Shown here: one piece after another, positions 23,101 to 33,900 of the stretch | How the letters are laid out: each line of letters begins with the position of its first letter | How positions within the stretch are numbered: position 1 is the first letter of the stretch | Source: Klebsormidium nitens | Taxonomy: Eukaryota > Plantae > Klebsormidiophyceae | Reading direction: 5' to 3' | NCBI GenBank assembly: GCA_000708835.1 | Contig: DF237027.1 | Coordinates: 1 to 64,000 of the forward strand | Length of the DNA: 64,000 bases | The notes under the pieces: model-generated | Seen by the model: the letters and a program-made list of their open reading frames with translations, nothing else | Told to the model about the DNA's origin: nothing | Database searches by the model: none | Program-made: the position numbers and the translations under genes

Positions 23101-25852
23101 TCGAGGAATCGGTTGTGCGCCATAAACTTCCAACCCAGACAAACCTTAGGTTTGGACGCTGGTACAGATGCGGGCGAGGGTTGAAGAGCACTATGGCGTA
23201 TGCTCTGTGGACCCGCCGCTCCTGGCAACGATGACGAAACCTGTCGACGACTATGCAATCAATGACAACGAACAAGACGGAAGCGAGGGAGCGACAAACT
23301 ACGGGTGCGGTCGAGCCAGAACGACGACAGCCGCTTCGACTAGGGGCCAACTTTTTAAATTTTCTTGGACAAACGAAGTTCGTCATCTGGTCGCAGGGGT
23401 TGGCAAACAACTCGCTTCTGGCGAAGCAGGGATCACGTATGAGAACAGCAAAATCTTTCGAGTGCACGATAGCAAGTGGGATTTGGTCAGGCCCGAATGA
23501 GCAGCACTTGCCTCGTTGGAAGGAGTAGAACCCCGCTACTGCTCCACCAGTCCCGGTGCCAATCTGCAAGCAACAGCAAACGCTAGTAGTCCTTCCACAT
23601 GTCACTGGTCCTTGGTCCGAGAAAGGGTCCAGTTCAACGAGACCGGTGACTGTGCAAGAGAGCCCTCTAGAAAGCCTTGCGTTTGAACGAGATGGTGTCA
23701 TGTCTCCTCCACTTTGGCTGCGCATGCTGTCTAAAAATCAGAGACAGGCTAACACTCAGAGCATACAGTCCCCGCAGCACAACGTTAATTCCTGACCGGA
23801 CAGAAGGTCTAGAAACGCTCTCTTTTGCGAACGAGAAATCAAAGATACGGCTGTCAGTCCGGTAAAGCCCGTACTGCTTGTTGCTTACCACGGCAAAGGA
23901 GTCCCGCAGGAAAGGCGAGATGGCCCAGCCCAAAGCTTCCTGACAAAAGCACAGGCAGCGCTGCTCAGATAACGCGCAAGGTTGAAGGCACCTCTTGATT
24001 ACTTCCAAGGGCAAGGACGTAACCCCTCCTGGCACAAGCTCGATATCCGCAGGTTTGTGAAAGTGACTTGATGGGACCTACTTCAGCCACTGCAATACCA
24101 AAGAATCCTCTGGTACAAGAAGAGGTTAGTCTCACATCGCAGACATTGACACCAGCTGCACAAACTAACATTGTAATCTGGCATGCTCACTTCAAGGAGC
24201 AGGAAGTTCTCACTTCAAGATTTCAAAGTCCAGTGGGCCCTTGCCAAGGCGTCCTGTCAATCAAGTAAACAAGCGCCAGACGCCGTCATAAAGTGGATCT
24301 AGGACGGAAGACGCAACAGTCAGTATCTCCAGAGATGCCTTTTATAGCAGGACTGAGGCAAAGCTCACCAGATCTTGATCCAAGGGGGCCGCACATCTGG
24401 GACATCGTGCCTCAGATTTTGCTGTCTTCAACCCCCCCACCGCACGAGCAGGCTTCTCCATGATCAGAAAGCTTGGAAACAGACCATGTGACCTGAAAAG
24501 AATGAATCCTTTCAGGTTCTGCCTGTTCCAGTAGGACACATGCAAATGAAGACATCTTCACCAGGAAAGTCAATTCTACAACTCAAGGACTTCCTCTGGT
24601 TGCAGAGTGCTAAAATCGCAGTCACGTGGCTGAAGACCTGTCAATCTCTTTCAATACAAAATGCTGAAGATGTGGTCAAGTGACGATGATCTTTGACATG
24701 AATATTGAGGCTCTGTATTCTTGAGAATTTGTTTTCTGTTTTGAGTATTTTCACGGTCTCAGATGAGCATGATATCGGGACAACGTTTGCAACAAGTCTC
24801 CCCGCCAAAGAACGAAATGCTGAGCCTCAATCTCTGCCCTACTCGACCACCACCAATCAAAAGCTTTTGAAATTCTGATTCCTCTTGTGCTACAACCATG
24901 CTGTATCTTGTCCCAAATAGATCTGATTGGAGGCACTGAACCTATCATGTTTCAGGTGGCCCCGACCACCACCATCAAACATACTTTATCAAAGATTTCA
25001 CCGGCCACGATAAGGCCTCCAATACGCTCTGTAAAGGGGGGTGTTGTGCAGAGTCCCGAAGGAGCCGGCCTGAAAAGATGTTGGAACTTTTACTGATTAG
25101 TTGAAGTACCTGCCACCTTGCAATGGCCCCACTCTGTCTCCTTGAGAAACTTTCCAACTGGATTTACGAAAAGTTTCAGAGAGGCTGCCTGACACGGTCC
25201 TTGTTGGGCGCCTGAGAAGTAGTGCTTGACCCTAGTAAAAGCCCGGCTGATGCTGGCCACTCACAATACCATTCTTATGAAAAGGCGTCCCCCACGGCAA
25301 AAAAGGCGTCCTTTACGGCAAAATGGCATGGGGTTTTGGGGTTTCTATCTCAGAGCAGATGAGAGAAGATGGGGCCGGCACTTCAACGTCAAATTCAAGT
25401 TTTAGGGTTTTGAGCAATTTCGAGGCAGTTGTTTGGCTTAATTTTATCTGCTATTACTTTGACACTCATCTGTAGCCTAGATCCTGTGAAGATGTCTACT
25501 TGGTTCATAGCGTCACATTTCAGTGTTAAAAACAGTGATGCACAAAAATATAAGAAGACTTGGACTTGACAATGAAGGAGCCTGAGCCTGAGATCAGAAC
25601 TTGAAGTTGAACTTGAAGGGAGTCCCTTCGATCCGAGCTGTTTCCCCGCTGTTTCAAGGGCGGGGCGACGAAAGAACTACCAATCTCTTGTGCTTGTCCT
25701 TGTCCTTCCGGGCAGTGCTCTCGCCCTCTAGGTGTAAACCAGGTTCGTCTGTGGAGAGGATTCTTTGAGTCCGTGGCTTTCACAAAACTGCGAAGGGAGC
25801 TGCACAGGGAGCGTTCTGTCATTGATCCTGCAGCATTAGGACCGGCACCATC

Positions 25853-28800
25853 ATGTTTGGGCCAAGCTTCAAGTCGGCAAAATGGTGAGGCTCTCTATCG
25901 TTTCCTGTCAGAAACTTTGTTCCCATCATGTGCACGGGCTTGTAGAGAAGTCAACATTTGCCGCTGCTTACTTGCCTCTCCTGCAACCTTTATTCGTGCA
26001 TTGGTTGATAGTCATGGTGACTGGCCGGTTGTTGCAGCTGATCGTGAATTCTTTGCTTGCAGCAAGACGCAACTGAAGTTGTGCGTCTCGCGAGTCAAGT
26101 TGCTTCGGAACAAAAGGGAGATGACGGTGAAGCAGATGAAGAAGGAAATTGCGGACTTGCTGAAGGAAGGAAAGGAGCCAAGCGCAACCATCCGGGTATA
26201 TCATTTAAAATCCCAAGTTTGAGGTTTTTTGGATTAGGGTTTCTTTGACAATATTGCTCAACTTTCTGCTTTTTTGTGTCTCCTGCCTGAAAAGACTCAT
26301 CTTCCGGTCAGATAAAAGCAGAGTGCTTGTCAGGAGGAAGGTGTTTGCACTGTTTATTAGATAAATTTTCTTTGTATACTTCGTATTCATCATATCTTGA
26401 GGAATATCTTACCGAACTCTTGGCATTCTGAAGCTTTTCTCGTTCATTTTTGCAGGTCGAACACATTCTCCGGGAAGAGGCAACAATGGCTGCGTATGAT
26501 GTCATAGAGCTGTTCTGCGAGCTTCTGTGCGTGCGTTTGCCGATCATCGAGGCCAACAAGTGAGAATCCAAGTGCTACCCTCGCAATGTGTGCCTTGTTG
26601 ACCACTTGAGTCTCGCTTGGCACCTCATTGTACGCCAGTCTTTTGACAGCGTAAGCACCCTGAGTGCAGAATCCAATCTTTGCGGGGGGAACAGCAATCC
26701 TGCTGATATTTGGATCTGCATTCGAGCCCCAATGTGCGTAGTGGCACTGAACATTTGCATCTGCAGGGACTGCCCTTATGATCTGAAAGAGGCTATTGCC
26801 AGCATCATCTTCGCTGCCCCTCGGTGCGCAGATCTGCCAGAGTTGCAGCAGGTCAGTTCCCGCATCCTTTGTCTTCTTGGATTGGCTCTGACACGGTTAC
26901 CCTGTGCAATCCTCGTTTCGGACAGATATTGGGTAGCGTGCAGCTTTGATGCTCAGATCATGTTTGGTTTGAGCGGGTCCTGAGGCCTCCTTTCGATGTG
27001 CTTCAGGGATGTCGGCCCTCTTTGACAAGCATTCGTTTGCAACTCGCAGCTTAGAGGGCTCTTTGCTGCCAAGTATGGGAAAGAATTTGCAGCGGCGGCG
27101 GCGGAGTTGAGGCCCGACAGCGGTGTGAACAGGAGGGTGAGGCCCACGCTTCCACTTCAGAACATTCTTATGATCTGACTTGCATCTTTTTGTCTTGAGG
27201 AATATCTGCCGACATTTGATCCTGATTTAGGGTCAAGAAACTGAACTTGTACAAAAGTTAGAGTGTGCAAAGCATCTGTGAACTTCGAAGCAGAGCATCC
27301 AACGTGTTTGTTGTTTTCACTTTCATCATCGCAACAGTGTGACGGTTGCTGCTCATAACCTGATCCGCACAGCTGAGCATACACTTTCTCCTGTCCCCTT
27401 TAGCAGGGAATGTCGGATACACAGCCGGTCTCTTACACAAAATTTCCTTGACGAAAGAAATCGACGGTTGCCTGCTATTGGTCCTTATGTAGTTGCATAT
27501 ATGAAACCAATCGCTGGACGTTGATCAACTGAAGCGTTTGAAGTCACTTATCGTTCACGGAAGGAACACGCTTTGATAGTTCTTTCAACGCTTTCCTGTC
27601 GCAGATCATCGAGAAACTGGCCATCCGCCCTCCCTCCGGCGAGGTAAAGCTCCAGATGCTCAAGGACATTGCGGCTGAGCACAACTTCGAGTGGGACTCG
27701 TCCAATTCCGAGAAGATCCTGATGGAGCCAAAGCAAGACCTGCTGGTGAGTCTATCATATTTTGACATCGTATTCTTTGGCCCTGTCTGGTGAGTCCTAC
27801 TTCGGCCTAAGGTTGTACAATTGGAGGACGTTCTCACTGTTAGCCGACCCCTCTCAGCGGATTTGTTCCTTGCAGAGTGTGCGCCGCTCTCAGTAAAAGG
27901 TCGACCCCGCTTCCTCTCTGGTCGCCTCTGCTCTCAACGTAACGCTTTGCAATCGTGGGCGGCTTCCATTGGCTTGTTTTGCGAGCTTTTTGTTTTAATA
28001 CGGTGGTCAGGAATTCCCAAACAATGAGATTGTTTGAAGCTTCCGTGCTTTAGGTGATTCTCGGATCAAGCAATGGAAGAAATGTCACGTCGCAGAACAA
28101 CAGTTCTGATTTGTTTTGCAAGGTTTGTTCCCAACCCTTTGTCACGGCCATTATGGCTATTCAGGTTCTCATCCAAACGTCCCCTGTTTTTCGCTGCAGG
28201 ACGGCCCCCTCGCCAACCCCGCGCCCAGCCACACCGCGCCTCAGGTTACTCCCCCCCCGGCGACCGCGCCCCCGGCAAGTGCTTCGAAACTCACCCGGGA
28301 AGAATCGGCGATCCCCCCGCACCTCCTCCCGGGGGCCCACGACAACCCTCAGGAAGAGTACCGCCCTCCCCCCTCCCCCGACACCCCCCCCTACGCAGTG
28401 AACCACTCCGGCGCACAGGGGGATCCCTTTGCGGGGCTGACTTACACGGTGCCCGGGAGAGCGCAGCCGTCCCCGTTAGGCCCGGCCGTGATGGGGATGC
28501 CGGCGCGAACGCCGTCGATGGACGACGAGGAGCTTTTTGCACCGTCGAAAACGCAGGCCGAGACGGAGTACTCGCAGCAAGGGGGCGGCAGACGGCCCCC
28601 TGGCGGGCGCGAGGAGTATGCTGACGTAGCGGCGGCGGCGGCAGCCGCTGCTGAGTCGGCGGATCGGGCGGCGGCGGCGGCGCGGGCGGCTGCGAGACTG
28701 GCAGGGAGTCTGGGGGGAGAGCGGTCTCAAGGCCGGAGAGGAAAAGAGAGCGGTGGGCAGTACCGAGGCGGGAACGAGTACGACGAAGAGAAGGATTATT

Positions 28801-29810
28801 ACAAGGGGGAGAAGCAGCTTGACAAGGGCGGGAAGCAGGAAAGCAGACAGGAGCCGAGCAACGGAGAGGTTCAAGCCAAGAGCGGGGGTCCATACCAGGG
28901 AGAGAATCAGTACCGAGGTGGGGGTGAATACAGGAACGAGAACCAGTATAAGAGTGAGAATCAGTACCGAGGGGAGGCCAGCACGGCGGGGCGGATGGCG
29001 AAAAGCGGGAGTGCTGGCAGCGACGGTTTCTTCTCGGAGCCCCGCAGCAATTCCGGGAACGGAAGCGAGGAGGGCTGGGGACGGGCGGAAAGCCAACGGA
29101 AGCCGCCCAAGGCTGTGAAAAGGTACGACGAGAACGAGGGTGGCGGAGAAGAAGAGGCTCCCAGCGGGGGACGGACTTTTGCCGAGATTGGAGCGCAGTT
29201 TGCACGGACTGGGTCTGCCGGGGGGAGTTCGTCTGGCAGCGGGAACGTCTTCGAAAAAGAAAAGTCCAAAAAGTACGACTCGCAGGACAGCATGGCGCGC
29301 CGGTTCGAGGAGTTTGAGACACGTGGCGGCTCGGGAGAGGACAACGCCGAGTCCGGGGGCGAGCAGGGGGGCTACGACGATGACGACGAAATTGATCTGC
29401 CGGGGCCGCCGAAGCACGACCCCCGGAAGCTGAACTCGTTCCGGGAGGGGCGCGATCCGTTCGACGAGGCGCCGGAACCCCCCCGCCCGGAAAAGGGGTC
29501 CTACATTCCCGCCGGGAAGGACGGCTACATCTTCTTCCACGACGAGAAGCGCAACGTGACGCTGGATGAGGTGCCCCCCCCGGACACGTTTGAGAAGGCC
29601 GGGAGGAGCGCCCTGCCTCCGCCCCCGGGTCATCCCGATCGGGACAGGGTGCTTAGGGCCGCGACTCCCCCACGAGGCAATTCGCCGATCAATGAGCGAC
29701 GGGATGGCTCGTCAAACTTTGATGACCCGTTTGAGCTGCCGTCGGCTCCGCCCGCGGCAGACCTGGACGACCTGACGGCACGGTTCGAGGCGCTGAAGTC
29801 TAGGCATTGA
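25853..29810 (+). CDS. IST1: IST1-like ESCRT-III-associated protein (regulator of Vps4) with a long low-complexity C-terminal region
   Basis: Exons 25853-25884, 26063-26195, 26456-26559, 26767-26851, 27050-27136, 27605-27745, 28200-29810. Motifs RVEHILREE, IELFCELL, LKEAIASIIFAAPRCADLPEL and KYGKEF. C-terminal MIM1-like DLDDLTARFEALK. Confidence 0.93.
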
Positions 29811-30983
29811 TTTCGTATTGTCTATACTTTAGAGTTAGCTCGTGAAGGTAACAAGGCAGCACATACTTCAGGACTAATTATCTTTTACGGTCCCTTTTGG
29901 TTCCTTGTGATCAGCAACCTCTGACATTGCAATTGCTGACGGTTGGGGCAAGCTTCAACCTCAAGCTTGTTTACATCAATGATTTTGGCTGCTGACTGGT
30001 GTCCGCCACCTAGGCAGGAACGCGACAATCATTCCCTTGCATGAGCCAGTATGAAGATTTGAGGCGGTGCCTTTGAACTAGGTACTCGACCGGCCAATCA
30101 ACTCGCAGTCCTACTTCAATGCAAACCAGTCATATCAATGTGCATGGCGCACATCATGCATACAAAGAACGGGGTGACTCTCAAAGCTCGCCGGAGTACG
30201 ATATATCACAATTCAAGTGAGCTGTAGCCCGGGCCCCTCGCAGTGTGTATACACGTACATATAGGTGCATGTGTGCGCATGCATGTACAACCAGCTGGTC
30301 GTGTATACAATCTCACACGCCATGCCCGGCCAGCTTAATTGACCTTGCATGAGTCACCGTGCTGCACTTAAAGGATTGCTCATGACAGCTCCCAGGCAGG
30401 CTGGCGCCGGAAGTAAATACTCTGCTGCAGCATGCAGTGGCGCGTGACGCCTGATATTGTCAAGTACCAATGATTATTGTATGCGTCCGGCCGGTGAGTC
30501 AATGATTGATTGCAGTTTAAGTGGATGTATATGGTCTAGCTGACGCTTTCTCCAAGAGATTGTGTATTCGGAGCACTCTGAATTACAAGCACATGCAGCA
30601 AGGGCCCCAATCCTGTGGTGGCTGTTTTTCAAAATGTTGGAGGGTAAGGCGCCCTACTGGCCGGATATTGCAGGAAAGTCACCATTTCAACCTCATAGGG
30701 CCTTGCCAAGAAGAGCTGTCAATCCCACATCTGCTTTTGCTGCGCAGCGCATCCTTCAAGTAGCTTTCGTGTTCAACAAATGAATTGCATGGCGAGTCAT
30801 ATCTCCATTGTCAAACTGTGTTGTTACCTTGGTGAGTCTAGCAGATTGCAATTCCAAACAACTTCGATGCTACGCTGCTGTTCTCAACCACCATGTAACG
30901 CAGCAGCTGACCTGCGCACCTCCTCAATGCAGCCAAAAATGTCAATGTCGCGCACCAGAACAAAATCTTCTGCATGATCGTCC

Positions 30984-33900
30984 CTACCAGAATTCCGGAT
31001 CCACCGGATCCTCGTCCTTTTCATAAGTCAACTCTGCCTTCCGCGTTTGGGGCACAAACTCTCTAACGTCGGGCTCGTGGATCCCGTAATCATCCCGAAG
31101 CCGCGGGTACCGCACGTCCGCGTCCCGCATGAACTCCTTCCGCCGCGGCTTGCCGCCGCTCCGGTCGATGCCCCTCTCGCGGGGGTCCTCGTCTTGCATC
31201 TCCCGCGGGAAGAACACCATCTTATCGCTCTTCTTGTCCTTCCTCGTCTCCCAGACCGGCCTGTCCTTCGGCGCACCGCCGATGCGGATCCCGAAGATCT
31301 CAATCCCGCCTTTCTCCTCCTGACGGCCCCCGTGAGCTTCTCCCCCACGGCGCCCCCCGGCCGACGGAACATCCGGTTGGAGCATCTCCCGGGGGGCCTT
31401 TTTGAACATGTTCCACTCCCCCGGGACGCCCCACTTCTTCTCGTCCTCCTTCTTCTTCTCCTGGTCCCCCCGGACCACTTCCCTCTGCAGGGGGGTCAGC
31501 GACTTAGGCCCGAACAACTTGAGCTTGTCCCCCCAGTGCTCGCGCTCCTCTTGGGGCGCGTCCTCTGTGACGAAGCCCTGCGTCTCCAGGTCGTACCGGC
31601 GGCGCTGGTCGGATGCGTTCCACTGCTCTGTGTCCTTCTTGCTGCAAAGAAGCAAGCGGGAAAAAGATGAGGAGACCAGTATTGTTGGACAAAGGAGATT
31701 GCGAATAAGGTTTTTCAGCACGTGAGAGGACCACTTTTGACCGATGAAGGAGACTGGGTAGTTTTTTGACCGAAAGCGAAGTGGTTCTTTTGATTTTGAG
31801 CAAGAAAAAGGTTTTGACAAAAACTCGGTTCACCTTGCTGAGAAAAGTATACGGGGTTTCTGACAAAGCTGTTGAAAAGGAGGTTTTGATTCTCTTTGCT
31901 GTGAGTGGTTCATCAGACATACGCGCGCAGCGAATGTATAGCCTGCCCTGGTTGGGACACCGTGTCTGGTTTCGTAGGATGCAAGCTTCCAAGCAGATGC
32001 TCGATTAGCAAAGATAGCATTTGATATAGCGACGGCCTCTGACGGCGCCTCGCTTTTCAAGAAAGCCACCAGAATAAACCAAGAGCAAAAGTGTCTCGTG
32101 TTTGCTTCATAGTGGCACGGCTCCTTCGGAACTTGCTTGAGCAAGGCTCACAGGGAGGCCACCGCAGCTGACCAACGCCGCCTTCTCAACACGGGAACAA
32201 GGATTGGGTGGATGCTTTCGCTTTACACACCCGAACGCGGTATCTCGAAAAACAGAGACTCAGCTAGTCCCGAGTAAGCACCTGCGCAGGCCATTGATGA
32301 AGGTCCAGGCGGACATGGGGCTGAACTGGCGGTGCTGCGCATACAGCTCCTTGACGTTCTTGCCCCCCACGCGCTTCTCCTGGGGCGTGCGCTGACGCAG
32401 GCGCTCACGGGACGCCTCCAAAAATTCCACGTCCTGATCGTCCAGGTCTGCAGCGAGAAGAACCGAAAACATTCTGGTCCGAAATGTTGACAACTGATGG
32501 CTTCGGTCACTTTATGGAGATTTTAGTTGTTTTCTCCATTTCTCCTGATCAGNNNNNNNNNNNNNNNNNNNNNNNNNNNNNNNNNNNNNNNNNNNNNNNN
32601 NNNNNNNNNNNNNNNNNNNNNNNNNNNNNNNNNNNNNNNNNNNNNNNNNNNNNNNNNNNNNNNNNNNNNNNNNNNNNNNNNNNNNNNNNNNNNNNNNNNN
32701 NNNNNNNNNNNNNNNNNNNNNNNNNNNNNNNNNNNNNNNNNNNNNNNNNNNNNNNNNNNNNNNNNNNNNNNNNNNNNNNNNNNNNNNNNNNNNNNNNNNN
32801 NNNNNNNNNNNNNNNNNNNNNNNNNNNNNNNNNNNNNNNNNNNNNNNNNNNNNNNNNNNNNNNNNNNNNNNNNNNNNNNNNNNNNNNNNNNNNNNNNNNN
32901 NNNNNNNNNNNNNNNNNNNNNNNNNNNNNNNNNNNNNNNNNNNNNNNNNNNNNNNNNNNNNNNNNNNNNNNNNNNNNNNNNNNNNNNNNNNNNNNNNNNN
33001 NNNNNNNNNNNNNNNNNNNNNNNNNNNNNNNNNNNNNNNNNNNNNNNNNNNNNNNNNNNNNNNATGGCTTCGGTCACTTTATGGAGATTTTAGTTGTTTT
33101 CTCCATTTCTCCTGATCAGAAGGTTTCCATTTCTCCTGATTTCCCCTGATCGTACAGGTCTGCATGAGGGGGAAAACCAGTAAGCTGTAGCCCGTGTACT
33201 TGAGACTTTACTGTTAGTGTGGTTTCTCGAGGAGTATCGTTTTTCATTCTTGTTCTCCTGTAATTGCACGAAGCAAGCTACGTACCTCAGGAAACAGTCG
33301 ATCAAACACGAAACGAGGGCCAAGACAAGGCTGCTTAAAACCTTCGAACCATAATGGCGCACGGCAATGATGTGAATACGAACCTAGGCTAAGAACAGAA
33401 GAGCAGAAGAACAGTTGAGCTAAATTCGGATCCAAGTCGTGACGTGAGAATCATGTTGCCTCGTAACCAAACCCGGTCTTGGGCGTTACATTCAGTTAAG
33501 TAGAGCCAGAACGCTTCTTTCAAGAAAAAGATACAGACGAATCTGCCTATCTGCTTTTTTTTGCACCTTTATTCAATTACGACCCTTACAGGACATAGTA
33601 GCTGCGAAAGTTCACGCACCCTTGAAGCGCGCGGCCCTCTCCCGGAACTTGCGCTGCGCGTTCTGCCTCAGGATGCGCGCGCGCTCCTCCTTGGTGGCCG
33701 CCAAAGCCTCCACGCCGTGCGCTTCGCCCAGCGCCTTCAGCTCGCCATCCCAGTCCACGCCCGGTTCCTTCTTCTTGAGCTCGGCCGCGGAATACACCCG
33801 CTTCGGCGTCTTGGCTTCGAGTTGATTGCTCGTGTCCATTGCAACAACGTAGTCGCCTGTAGAAAGAGAGAAGAGGGTTCAAAACTGCTAATCATATCTA

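Noticed and set aside
28161-29775. Long overlapping ORFs (385, 343, 127, 121 aa) on other frames and strands
   Set aside because: Shadows of the GC-rich IST1 last exon.
32484-33149. ORFs of 184-221 aa in the track
   Set aside because: Artefacts of translating through the N gap.
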